In this document: positions 12,512-23,249 of the stretch, piece by piece
Numbering within the stretch: position 1 is the first letter of the stretch
Layout: every line of letters starts with the position of its first letter
Assembly (NCBI GenBank): GCA_051294375.1
Contig: JBJCIZ010000282.1
Coordinates: 50,494-114,493, forward strand
Length of the DNA: 64,000 bases
Reading direction: 5' to 3'
Source: Paraspadella gotoi
Taxonomy: Eukaryota; Animalia; Chaetognatha
Notes under the pieces: model-generated
Told to the model about the DNA's origin: nothing
The model's input: only the letters and a program-made list of their open reading frames with translations
Databases searched by the model: none
Made by a program: the position numbers and the translations under genes

Positions 12512-13029
12512 CTAGCGCCCCGAGGTCCGTCCGATGGCGGCGTCGACGTTCCTCCCGATCGCTTCCGCTTGACGCCTGATGCATCCGGTCGCGCACTGAC
12601 AGCAGCCGCAGCAGACGCACAGCGCGACCACGCCTCCAATGGCGATGATGCCCATCAGGGGGGCCAGGTTCACTAACCAGTTCCAGATTTCGATTTGTGA
12701 GGAATCACCGAAGATCCGCCGGATAAACGATGATGGCGATCCAGCGGTGATCTCACCCAGACGTTCGTTGAACCTCTGGGTTTGTCCGATCAACTTGGCA
12801 TGGCGGTCCATGAATTGGCCCACCTCTTCGTAGATCGAGGATTCGCTGGTCACGTGGTGCTGGGCGTCCGGAAGCGTGGTTCGGAGCGTTTGGTATTTCT
12901 TGAATGGGTTCCCGTCATTGTCCACGAATTTGCTTCCTTGCTGATACACTGGCGGAGGCGAGCATGACTTTCGAAGGAGGAATCGATCACGTGATGATAT
13001 ATGGCGTGGCGATACGCTTCCCGTCCTCC
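12512..13029 (-). pseudogene. env: env C-terminus (TM helix plus Cys cluster) of Gypsy copy A, cut by the nested element
   Basis: ..KSCSPPPVYQ..WNWLVNLAPLMGIIAIGGVVALCVCCGCCQCATGC..; reading continues on the other side of the insertion at 19762. Confidence 0.75.
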
Positions 13030-13704
13030 TATAGCAATTAGACCGACTTGTCATTTTGTAAACAAATCGCCCCATCCCAGGATTCGATCCTGGTATCTAA
13101 TCGCTGGATCGCCAGGACTTACAGCTCGACGCTAGCCAGGCGACCGATCGTTTCTGATTCAAATCTCTGCTAAATAACTTTAACACAGAATTCAGATCTT
13201 TTGTTTTCAAATAATTCAGTCCTCACTCATCAGATGTCGCTCAACTGAATCTTTTATTATCTGTTATGAATTGTTTACTTTATTGAATCTTAACTGAATG
13301 ATTTTCAGTCTTGATAATCAGATCTTGAAACTAAATCGTTATCTCTTGAATTAAATCGTTTATCAATTACTTCACTAAAAACGTTTTTATTAATTCATCT
13401 AAAAATGTATGAGTTACATTAAGTCAGAGATGAACATAAATAAAGTGAATCGAATCAATGTTTTATCTACATAATAATGTAAACAAACTAATCTACATTC
13501 GAATATGATAAACTGAACAATAATCAATCCCTAACAAAATTCAAATCAATTGCAATCATTAATCGATTAATAACAATTCGATAAGTCAACGCCAAAGCTT
13601 TCCCTGCAACGCCATCTATCAAGATCGACAACGCCTTAGCGCTGTGGCTTTCAGTTGTCACAGGACTTCGTCTCGCTGTGGCTGGCCTCAGTAACCTTGC
13701 CACA
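13030..13704 (+). repeat. 5' LTR (TATAG...CCACA)
   Basis: Direct repeat of 19088-19761. Confidence 0.95.
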
Positions 13705-13706
13705 CA

Positions 13707-13722
13707 TGGTGAACCTTCGACG
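13707..13722 (+). promoter_or_regulatory. Primer-binding site, tRNA-Trp-like
   Basis: TGGTGAACCTTCGACG 2 nt after the LTR; resembles the TGGTGACCCCGACG tRNA-Trp PBS. Confidence 0.65.
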
Positions 13723-13903
13723 AGCAAGACCGACCGACCTGAGAAACGAATAAAGGGGATCAGCGGAGTCTAACCTTTCCTGAGGTAAGATTGGGTTGGA
13801 AATAAGTGATCATAGCTGAGTAGTCTCCCAATCTGCTCACACACTTTCCTTTTCCTCCCACCAAATCCCCACATATTCGACGGAATCAACGGCGACGCCA
13901 TCA

Positions 13904-14989
13904 ATGAGCTCCCAGGACCTTCGTTCCCGACTTCGTTCAGCTCAGCGCGACGCCGAGGCCCAACAAGACGATCCTGCAAGACTACAAGTACCCCCTGGAT
14001 TCGGACGAGGGAGAAGATCAGCGTCAACTTCGCCAATCTTCGTCGATACAGCTCCGACCTTCGCGTTTCCACGCGCCGACGCCGAAAACTTCGAGGACGC
14101 CGTCATGGCGTCAGGCGGCGCCGACGACAGAAATCTTCGCGATGAGAACGACGAGTTGCGCGCGGCGCTTGCCGCGGCGACTCGTGCCCTCGAAAGAGCC
14201 TCTAATAGGAAACCAGATCTACCTGAGTTCGATACAAGCAACATAGAAGTGTGGATCAAGAGAGTTGAAGCTGCATATACGCGCGCAGGGATATCAACGC
14301 CTAGAAATAAATTCGCACATCTAGAGTCAAAAATTGGCATAAACGTCGACGCCAAAATCAACCAGTACCTGTTTGGCGAGGCCAACGAGCAGACTTGGAC
14401 TGATTTCATCACCTACCTGCGTCGAGAATACGGCCTGACCCGTCGCAAACAGGCAGCTGTGCTACTGGACCCATTCGACATCGACGGCGTCAAACCTTCG
14501 CGAATGTTAGCCAACTTGGAAGAAAAAACAAAAACTCTTTCTCTAGATGATGTAAGGAAGGAAAAAGTCTTACGTGAGCTGCCAAACGACATCCGCCGCC
14601 AACTCGAGGAGAAGGCAGACGACCTTACAGCCAGCGAGCTCTGTCAACTCGCTGATCGACACTTCGAAAGCGACGGGACCTTAAAGATCCGCCAAACGAC
14701 AGCTACCATTAGCAACGTCGAGCGAAATCAACGAGACAGAGAGGAATCTGACTCAGAAGGCGAAGAAGGAATCAACGCAGTGGATAAGCAGCCACGTAGG
14801 CAGGCGGGCAACAAGCGACGCCCACCTCAAGCTCATAAAGGCAAAGCTAAAGCGAAGCTCACAACATTATGCGCAAAGCATATAAAATTTGGCGACGACG
14901 CCTGGGCGTGTGATCCAGGTTGTGCACGCTTCGAGGAAATGCAGGCCAAAAAGAAAGAGGGAAACTACAAAGGGGGACGCCGCAGGTGA
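13904..14989 (+). CDS. gag: Gag (361 aa), CsRn1-type
   Basis: LPEF..NIEVW..VEA motif; C-terminal CAKHIKFGDDAWACDPGC (CHCC) knuckle. Confidence 0.9.
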   Translation: MSSQDLRSRLRSAQRDAEAQQDDPARLQVPPGFGRGRRSASTSPIFVDTAPTFAFPRADAENFEDAVMASGGADDRNLRDENDELRAALAAATRALERASNRKPDLPEFDTSNIEVWIKRVEAAYTRAGISTPRNKFAHLESKIGINVDAKINQYLFGEANEQTWTDFITYLRREYGLTRRKQAAVLLDPFDIDGVKPSRMLANLEEKTKTLSLDDVRKEKVLRELPNDIRRQLEEKADDLTASELCQLADRHFESDGTLKIRQTTATISNVERNQRDREESDSEGEEGINAVDKQPRRQAGNKRRPPQAHKGKAKAKLTTLCAKHIKFGDDAWACDPGCARFEEMQAKKKEGNYKGGRRR

Positions 14990-17900
14990 ACGCGGCCGTT
15001 CCCCAAGATTCCACTCGTTCACCCGACGCCAGCGATTTAATATTCATCCGCGACGCCGGGAATGGAACTAAGTGGTTAGTAGATGGAGGGGCCCTCTTAT
15101 CAATCGTTCCGCCTACACAGCAGCAGCGCAGCGCAGGACCTGATAAAATGATGAAACTTCAGGCCGCGAATGGCTCAGCAATAGACTGCTACGGTACTAT
15201 GGAGAAAACGGTACAATTAGGAAATCGTAAATTTAATTATACTTTTATAGTAGCGGACGTTAAGCAAAATATTCTCGGAGCAGATTTTCTGGCAGAGAAT
15301 TACCTCGCTCCAAACCATAGAGATGGCCTTCTAATCGACCTCAACGATCTATCTACGATAGCGGCGTCAACATCGAAAGAGACAGCCGCCCACGTCAATT
15401 TTGTAGATCGAAAAGGCGAACAATACTACAAACTACTGGAATCATTCCCATCGCTTTCGACGCCTACATTTGAGTTGAAGGAGCCGCGCCATGGAGTCAC
15501 TCACTCGATTCCAACGGAAGGGCGCCCGTGCCAATCGCGCGCCCGCCGCCTCGACGCCGAGAAGCTCGCTGTAGCAAAACGAGAATTAGAAAAAATGGTC
15601 GCACTTGGAATCGCTAAGAGGGGAAAATCAGAATGGTCGTCCCCTCTTCACGTTGTAGCGAAACCAGATGGCGGATGGAGGTGCTGTGGGGACTACAGGC
15701 GCCTGAACGCCCAAACGATTGACGACCGTTACCCTGTTAAGTTGCTCACAGACTTCAACGCCCAACTTGAAGGAAAGACGATATTCTCTAAAATAGATTT
15801 ATTGAAGGGATATCATCAAATCCCGATAAATCCTGACGATATCAAAAAGACAGCGGTAATAACGCCATTTGGGCTTTACGTGTTTCCACGTTGCCCATTT
15901 GGCTTAAAGAACGCTGGTCAGGATTTTCAGCGCCTGATGGATCAGATCCTAGGCGAGATACCGCATACTTTCGTCTACCTAGACGACATCCTCGTCGCCT
16001 CGTCAACACCAGAGGAGCATCTCAAGGACCTGGAACGCGTCTTCAGGGCACTAGACGAAAACGGACTGGTAGTAAATACCAAAAAGTGTCTCCTTGGCCA
16101 GGATTCACTCGAGTTTCTGGGCTTTCTAGTCGACAGAGACGGAGTACGACCTCTACCTGAACGAGTGCAAACGCTGAGAGAGACGACTCGACCCACATCG
16201 ATCAAGGAGCTCCAGCGATTCCTTGGGATGGTGAACTACTATCGCAGGTTCATCCCAAGGGTCGCTCATCAATGTGCAGCTCTCTATGAAGCGCTTAGCG
16301 GCAAACCCAAGGCACTGAAATGGACCGAAGACTGCGAAAAAGCCTTTATTGCCATCAAGGAAGGCTTAATCTCTGCAGCGATGCTTCATCACCCTCGCAC
16401 CGGAGCACAACTTTGTGTAACCACAGATGCGTCAGATCACGCAGTGGGGGCAGTGCTTGAGCAACGCGGACCCAAGGGTTGGGAACCCTTGGCGTTTTTT
16501 TCCGCCAAGCTAGCTCAAAACCAGAAACTTTGGCCTCCATTTGACAGAGATTTATATGGAGCCTTTCGCGCGGTAAGGCACTTCCGCCACTGGGTGGAAG
16601 GCCGCGCATTTACTCTATATACAGACCACCAAAGTTTAGTTTCAGCTATTCGAAAGAAATCGGAACCTCAGACCTGCCGGCAGTCATATCAGCTTTCCGT
16701 TATTGCCGAATTTACTACCGACGTTCGATATTTAAAAGGAAAGGCGAACGTGGTAGCTGACGCCTTGTCGAGACCAAATAACGCGCCAACAACGTCGTCA
16801 AACGAAGTCAGCGCCACTCGAGAAGAAGATAAAGCCGTCAAGAACAGCCAAAAGACAGCTACCACGTCTACAACGCCGAAATCGATCGCGAGGAAAATCG
16901 AAAACGAGACCGAAGCCATCGAATCATGCCAAAAGGCAAATACCGAAAACGCGAAAAAACTCATCGACTCGAAAAACGAAGCTGGCATCAAACTGAATCG
17001 ATTGGAGGACGCCAACGCCCTCATAGCATCACTAACGAGCTACGACATAGACTTTGAGCAAATGGCACGTGATCAAGTACTCGATAGCGAATTCCAGAAA
17101 ATATCTGACGACGCTCGATCTGGATTAAACTTCAGAAAAATAAGAGTAGGCAATCACGACTTATTGGCCGACATTTCGAACGGCCCGGCCCGGCCATTTG
17201 TCCCCTTATCTTGGCGCAGACGAGTTTTCGAGATAATCCACGGATTAGGACATCCGGGAGTCGAGGCGACGCGCAAGGCAGTATCTGCAAAATTCGTTTG
17301 GACAAGCATGCGTCAAGACGTTACGAAATGGACTCGCGACTGCATAGCTTGCCAAAAGGCAAAGACCACGCGTCACGTGATCCCGGAAATTGGGGATTTT
17401 AAAATCCCAGCTCGACGTTTCCAACATCTAAACCTAGATTTGGTCAAAATGCCGAAATCAAACGGCTTTTCGTATCTGCTAACGATCGTAGACAGATTCT
17501 CGCGCTGGCCAACGGCAATCCCCATCCAAAACACTCTTACGCCTACAATCATTGACGCGCTCAGTCTGAACTGGATCAGCGTATTTGGAACGCCAGCAAT
17601 CATTACAACTGACCGAGGTAGTCAATTTACGTCGACGCTCTGGAAACAATTAACCAAAAGCTGGGGGATAAAACATCAAACAACCACAGCCTACCATCCC
17701 CAGGCTAACGGACTAGTTGAAAGGTTCCACCGGCGTCTCAAGGAATCGTTGATGGCGCTGGCAAGAGAAGAGAATCAAAAATGGTTCTGGAAATTGCCAA
17801 TGACGTTATTGGCGATTCGAACGACGATCAAAGAAGACATCGGGGCCTCCGCTGCAGAATTAGTTTTTGGCGAAGGCATCGGCGTCCCTGGAACCCTCCT

Positions 17901-18753
17901 CAGCGACTGCAGAATCGACAACAACGTGACTAATCAACAGCGTCGACAAAACCTTTCAAATCTTCGAGTAGAAGTGGCGCGCCTTCAAGCTCAGCCAACT
18001 TCCGCTCATCGCAAGCCAGCCGTCCATCTTCCTTCAAATCTCGACTCCGCCAAATACGTTTTCATCCGAAGAGCTGGAGTACAACCGCCACTAGTCCCTC
18101 CATACGAAGGCCCCTTCAGAGTAGTGAATAGAAATGGATTAAACATCACCGTCGACATACCGAGCATCGGGCGAGAGACAGTAAACGTGGCGCGAATAAA
18201 ACCCGCTTGGATCGACGACGACGACGACGAGTTGGAGATCGACGACCCAGAGGCTGTCCCCGAGAGAAGACCAGGCCGCCGACCAGGCGTTCGAACCAGG
18301 CAACCGGCGCCAACAGATAGACAGACACGTTCGCGAAATCAGCGCGCAGCGTCTCCTATTTCTTCTCTTCCTCCTCTCTCTCCTCCTCCTCCTCCTCCTC
18401 CTCCCCCATCTACCCCAACTCCTCCCAGCCTTCCCCACTCCCCCCCCAACCCACCCCCATCCCCTTTACGTTTTTTGCTCCCGCCTTCTATTTCTCCCAG
18501 GCCTCCACGCGAAGAGAGTCAACCGCAAAACGAGAAGAAGGCGAACAACAACAACAACAAGCTCGATAACAAGAAGAATGAGCCAACGTGCAGGTTCTCG
18601 AGATCAACGGCGGGCGACTTCTCTTACAAGACTCTCAACGATGCTGCTCAACGTCCCACTTACGCAGTCGTCTTAAAAGAGCTGATCCTCCGCCAACGGG
18701 GAGAAAACAACAACAACAACGAACAAAAAGAAAAAAGAGCAAAATTCCCTTGA
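14920..18753 (+). CDS. pol: Pol: protease, RT, RNase H, integrase, Pro-rich tail
   Basis: LVDGGA (PR), WSSPLHVV/DYRRLN/YLDD (RT), TDAS..FFS..TDH (RH), H..GHPG..C.AC, D-D-E, YEGPF (IN). Confidence 0.97.
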   Translation: MCTLRGNAGQKERGKLQRGTPQVNAAVPQDSTRSPDASDLIFIRDAGNGTKWLVDGGALLSIVPPTQQQRSAGPDKMMKLQAANGSAIDCYGTMEKTVQLGNRKFNYTFIVADVKQNILGADFLAENYLAPNHRDGLLIDLNDLSTIAASTSKETAAHVNFVDRKGEQYYKLLESFPSLSTPTFELKEPRHGVTHSIPTEGRPCQSRARRLDAEKLAVAKRELEKMVALGIAKRGKSEWSSPLHVVAKPDGGWRCCGDYRRLNAQTIDDRYPVKLLTDFNAQLEGKTIFSKIDLLKGYHQIPINPDDIKKTAVITPFGLYVFPRCPFGLKNAGQDFQRLMDQILGEIPHTFVYLDDILVASSTPEEHLKDLERVFRALDENGLVVNTKKCLLGQDSLEFLGFLVDRDGVRPLPERVQTLRETTRPTSIKELQRFLGMVNYYRRFIPRVAHQCAALYEALSGKPKALKWTEDCEKAFIAIKEGLISAAMLHHPRTGAQLCVTTDASDHAVGAVLEQRGPKGWEPLAFFSAKLAQNQKLWPPFDRDLYGAFRAVRHFRHWVEGRAFTLYTDHQSLVSAIRKKSEPQTCRQSYQLSVIAEFTTDVRYLKGKANVVADALSRPNNAPTTSSNEVSATREEDKAVKNSQKTATTSTTPKSIARKIENETEAIESCQKANTENAKKLIDSKNEAGIKLNRLEDANALIASLTSYDIDFEQMARDQVLDSEFQKISDDARSGLNFRKIRVGNHDLLADISNGPARPFVPLSWRRRVFEIIHGLGHPGVEATRKAVSAKFVWTSMRQDVTKWTRDCIACQKAKTTRHVIPEIGDFKIPARRFQHLNLDLVKMPKSNGFSYLLTIVDRFSRWPTAIPIQNTLTPTIIDALSLNWISVFGTPAIITTDRGSQFTSTLWKQLTKSWGIKHQTTTAYHPQANGLVERFHRRLKESLMALAREENQKWFWKLPMTLLAIRTTIKEDIGASAAELVFGEGIGVPGTLLSDCRIDNNVTNQQRRQNLSNLRVEVARLQAQPTSAHRKPAVHLPSNLDSAKYVFIRRAGVQPPLVPPYEGPFRVVNRNGLNITVDIPSIGRETVNVARIKPAWIDDDDDELEIDDPEAVPERRPGRRPGVRTRQPAPTDRQTRSRNQRAASPISSLPPLSPPPPPPPPPSTPTPPSLPHSPPNPPPSPLRFLLPPSISPRPPREESQPQNEKKANNNNNKLDNKKNEPTCRFSRSTAGDFSYKTLNDAAQRPTYAVVLKELILRQRGENNNNNEQKEKRAKFP
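14959..15005 (+). promoter_or_regulatory. -1 ribosomal frameshift signal
   Basis: G GGA AAC heptamer in gag frame (14959-14965), then gggggacgccgc...gcggccgttcccc stem-loop; pol is in the -1 frame. Confidence 0.8.
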
Positions 18754-19087
18754 AGCCAAATGTCGGAGTCTGTCTTTATCCCGGCTTCCTCCATCAGCAT
18801 CCTCGGCATAGACTCCGACAAATGACGCCCCTTAATCCCTTTACATCGTTAAGATTTTTTCAATTTTAAATATTTTTGTTTGTAAATTTTACAAATTATT
18901 TTTCGAATTTTACATTTTTGGAGTCAAAGTCAATCAGCGTCAATTTTTCGATTTTGAAAACCCGTTTATTACTGAAATATTAATTTTTCACATCATTCTT
19001 ACACACACTGGCCGACAACGTACCTATTTTAATTACTATTTTAATTTTTTGATTAATATTAAGATTAGATATTAATGCACGGGGGGA

Positions 19088-19761
19088 TATAGCAATTAGA
19101 CCGACTTGTCATTTTGTAAACAAATCGCCCCATCCCAGGATTCGATCCTGGTATCTAATCGCTGGATCGCCAGGACTTACAGCTCGACGCTAGCCAGGCG
19201 ACCGATCGTTTCTGATTCAAATCTCTGCTAAATAACTTTAACACAGAATTCAGATCTTTTGTTTTCAAATAATTCAGTCCTCACTCATCAGATGTCGCTC
19301 AACTGAATCTTTTATTATCTGTTATGAATTGTTTACTTTATTGAATCTTAACTGAATGATTTTCAGTCTTGATAATCAGATCTTGAAACTAAATCGTTCT
19401 CTTGAATTAAATCGTTTATCAATTACTTCACTAAAAACGTTTTTATTAATTCATCTAAAAATGTATGAGTTACATTAAGTCAGAGATGAACATAAATAAA
19501 GTGAATCGAATCAATGTTTTTATCTACATAATAATGTAAACAAACTAATCTACATTCGAATATGATAAACTGAACAATAATCAATCCCTAACGAAATTCA
19601 AATCAATTGCAATCATTAATCGATTAATAACAATTCGATAAGTCAACGCCAAAGCTTTCCCTGCAACGCCATCTATCAAGATCGACAACGCCTTAGCGCT
19701 GTGGCTTTCAGTTGTCACAGGACTTCGTCTCGCTGTGGCTGGCCTCAGTAACCTTGCCACA
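19088..19761 (+). repeat. 3' LTR preceded by PPT
   Basis: GGGGGGA at 19081-19087; LTR almost identical to the 5' LTR. Confidence 0.95.
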
Positions 19762-20140
19762 CTCCGAACGTTATGAGGAGATCCTGGAAGCATCCTTGTT
19801 TCCCGGCAAAGAGCGAGCGTCTGTCGGCACCTCGCGGTGACCAACAGTTTTCCCCCCCGGAGGACGGCGGATTTCGCCGCGGTCGACAAAAGCGGTGGCC
19901 GCCGACGAGCGATGCGCTTCGATTGCCGCCGTCCTCGCTTCGCGTGCCCGTGTTACGCAGAGCTCGTGCTGCACGGCTTTGGTGAGAGTCTCAGGCGCTC
20001 GTGACTCGTCGTTCGTTCTATCGTCGTCTCGAGCGTCTGGTCTGCCCCCTTCCTCCTCCGGGCGATCGTAGCGCGATCGGCCGGCGTTTTCCCGGTGAGT
20101 TGGGTTGAGGAAGAAGTAGGGCTCTCTCTGTCTGTTCTGG
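19762..20140 (-). pseudogene. env: env middle fragment of Gypsy copy A
   Basis: Frameshifted TLTKAVQHELCVTRAR..LRGGKLLVTARCRQTLALCRETRCFQDLLI resembles the central helix/Cys pattern of chuvirus-like glycoproteins; N-terminal half deleted. Confidence 0.6.
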
Positions 20141-20491
20141 CCTATTTCGCTTTGGATTTATCTTTCTTTCCTTTCTTTCCGCTTTGTTACTTTGTTTAGC
20201 TATATTTCCCTTCGATTTGTTTTTTTTTTTTTTTTGAAGTTGTCTTTGTACTATGTTCCTTTCTTTTGGATTTGTGAGTTAGTCATAACATCTTGCTCAT
20301 TCTTTCGGTTTCTCGTTTCTCTCTTCAATCACTTGTGGAATGTGTTATCATTTACAAAATATTTACAAATTTACATAGGACCTTTCTTTTCTTGTCTTAT
20401 TGAATTACTTATGTCCTGAAATCCTCTGAGTCGCCGCCTTTCAATTTGAGGCGGCGTCGGTGATAGAGTGAGCGTTTGCCGTTGACATTTA

Positions 20492-21967
20492 CTACGTAAT
20501 GTTGCCTCTTGCTTCGATCACCTTGTGCGGTCCTGTGTACATCGTTTTCACTTTGTTTTGTGTTGGTGCGGCGCCTGTTCTTAATAAATCGCGTCTCACG
20601 TAGACATCGTCGCCTGGTTTGACTTTCTTTGGATTTCTGAACCGGTTTCCTCTTTTTGCTTGCCTATGTTTAAGAAATCTTTGTTCGACAATTTGTTTCT
20701 GTGCTTCTTGTTGGTTATCCGCTCGTCTCTGCGCGTAATCTGCTAGGCACTCGTATGATTCTTCATCAGGTGCCTCTATCAGTCTCGGTCTATTTCCGAA
20801 TTGAAGTTCGTGCGGTGACATGTTCGTTTTCCATCCCGTTATAGGCGTTGCGTTTAGGGTGAGCATTAAGTAAGGCAATGCGTTGATCCACTTGTTCGGG
20901 TCATCATTCAGGGTTTTTCTTAGTGCTTGCCTAATTCTGCCGATATCTCTTTCGGCTCGATTACTGTTCTTTCTGGAGACTAAAATCCTCCTTCCGCTCA
21001 TATCTAGCAGGCTTAATATGCTTCTCATTTCCTCGCCGTTTAGTGACGTGGCTCCGTCGAAATTTACCTCCAGGTAGCTACCGTGTAGTAGGAATATGTT
21101 CGCGTCGAGGGCCTTGATTACGTGTTGTGCATCGGCTCGTCTTAGTGGGATCGCCCAGGTGTAGGCCGAGGCGTTGTCTGAGGCCACCAGGACGTGATTG
21201 CAGCCCCCACTGGGGGGTAAGTGCATAACGTCGATGCTTAGCGATTCCCAAGGGATTCGTGCTGCTGTCGGCCTTGATTCGGTTTCATTAAATTGCATTT
21301 CGTCGGTGGCGCGCCTGCAGCGGTCGCACTCGAGCACCATCTCTCCGCAAATATTTACCATATTTGGGGCTGCTATGTACTGCGCAGCTAGGTAAGCTGA
21401 CCGGTCTCTACCTGGGTGGCCTAGTTTTTCGTGTATCTTCTTGACTACCTCCTTAAGATTTTGTTGCGGGATGATATATCTTGTCGACCGGCTGGTTGCT
21501 GTGAAGCCGATGACGCAGAGGATTCCATCTTTGGTTATTTCCAGATCGTCTACGTTCCGGAGGAGGAATGCTTGCGTGGGTGTGAGTGATTTCCTCTCAC
21601 CTGCTTCTAAATGCGTTCTGAGGCCTCCTGCGCCATGGTTTTTGTATATCTCTTTGGCGTCCTTGATTTCGCTGCAATCGTTCTGCCAGCCTTTTATCTC
21701 TGTTCTCATTGGCATTATTGAGGAGTCACGTCTGATGTTATTTGATAAGTCCTCTTTGAGGTCAATTTCGTCTACCTCAACTGAAGCCTCGATGGCTGAA
21801 TCGGTGATTATTTCCGTGTCTTGGGGTGCGGTTGTAGACTCTTGGATTGTGGGCTCTGTTGAGTCCTGGTTCTCATTATCTTCGTTTGTTTCCGGCCTTA
21901 TCCCTGGATCGGCTGGTTGTTCTTGTTCGGTTCCATCGGGCGAGTTTGGTGGGCCCGCTATCCTCAC
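20492..21967 (-). pseudogene. Integrase of Gypsy copy A
   Basis: HHCC, DDE and GPY/F-like motifs; clearly homologous to 48280-49330. Confidence 0.9.
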
Positions 21968-22383
21968 TGGTGGTTGGTCGTCTTGGGATGGGGGTCCCGC
22001 CTCTCTTCGCTCAGTTGGTTCTGGTGTGTTTTTCTTTCGAACTCTCTGGTTATTTCCGTCGGGGCCTGCATTCGTTACCTCTGAGTTTGGTGGAGCCGCC
22101 TCGTCTCTATCTACTTCGGTTGGTGCCTCGGTGGTCCAGGTTCTCTTCTTCGGTTCTGATTTGCCGGCCTCGCGTGGAGATCTTGGCCAATCCTTACGGT
22201 GTCGGCGGGAAGCATTGCTGATGGTCTCATTATTGGTGCCGGTGCCAATCTGGCTCTGGGCACCCGCCTGCGGTAGGCTCTTTCCTCTTCTATTCTGTGT
22301 TCTAGGCCGATGTTTAATATTTCGTTGTTTGTGCGGGGTCCATCTACTAGGTGCCTGATGGCTCTCATTCTTCTTTCGGTGTC

Positions 22384-22767
22384 GCTGATCAGCGATGCTT
22401 GGCCTGTGGTTGTTTTGAAGATTCTTATTTCTCTTTCCTTTCCTCCGCCGTATACCTTTTCGTATTTACAGCCGGTTTGTGCGGTGCTGTCTTCGTCTAG
22501 TATTTTTATGCATATACCTGTCATGTTCGCTAGTGCCTCTAGCTCTGGATGACCCAGTGACCAATCTTTTGAAGAGATTGTTCTGATAAAAGTGCAAGCG
22601 TCTTTTGTTTTTGGTGCGCCGTACAGTTTTCTTATGTTCGTCCTCTGGCGAGAGAAGTAGTTTTTCATGAATTCAAAAAATTTTGTTCGAAAGCTTTTTT
22701 CATCAATGTTAAGCGCGGTGGCTATTATTCCAAGTATCGGCGCTCCACCTACCCTGAGTTCCAGGTG
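22384..22767 (-). other. OTU-like domain within Pol (copy A)
   Basis: ..EKAFRTKFFEFMKNY..FIRTISSKDWSLGHPELEALANMTGICIKIL..YG..IRIFKTTTGQASL. Confidence 0.6.
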
Positions 22768-23249
22768 TCCTGGCCATGACTCGCCTGATAAGGGTTCTTC
22801 GGTGAAGCCTGGCTCGTAACTGCCATTGATGTCGAAGCCTGCGGCTAGGAAAGGCGTGTCTAGCGGAGTGATTTGATTTTGATCAGTAAATCTGGTTAAA
22901 AAGTCCGCTGGGTTGTCGCCACTTTTTACTAAGATGATCTCTGAGGGGTGGCATTCTTGGCGGATTTCTGTTATCCAGCGTAGTACGTTCGTCGGGAGTA
23001 GCTGTTGTTTATCGTGTTGCTGGTCTTTTGAAGTATTGTGAGTCTGTCACTAGGCTGACCTTTCTTCCACAGATGTAACCTTTGAACTTTCTCACCATCA
23101 TGTTGAAAGCGAGTGTTTCTAGGATGTTGATGTGTTTTATTCTGTACTCCTCTGGGAATGATTTCGAGTGGAAACTGAGGGGGTATTCAGTTCCGTTTGC
23201 TGTTGCTGTGATTAAGCCCCCCATGGCGCTCGTGCTTGCATCGGCATAA

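Larger units (their letters stand above)
13030..19761 (+). mobile_element. Intact young Ty3/Gypsy LTR retrotransposon, CsRn1-like clade
   Basis: Two ~675-bp LTRs differing by one substitution and two small indels; 4-bp TSD CTCC (13026-13029, 19762-19765); PBS; PPT; intact gag and pol; CHCC Gag motif. Confidence 0.95.

Noticed and set aside
21441-22358. 305-aa plus-strand ORF and other antisense ORFs over gag/pol
   Set aside because: Shadow frames of retroelement coding sequence
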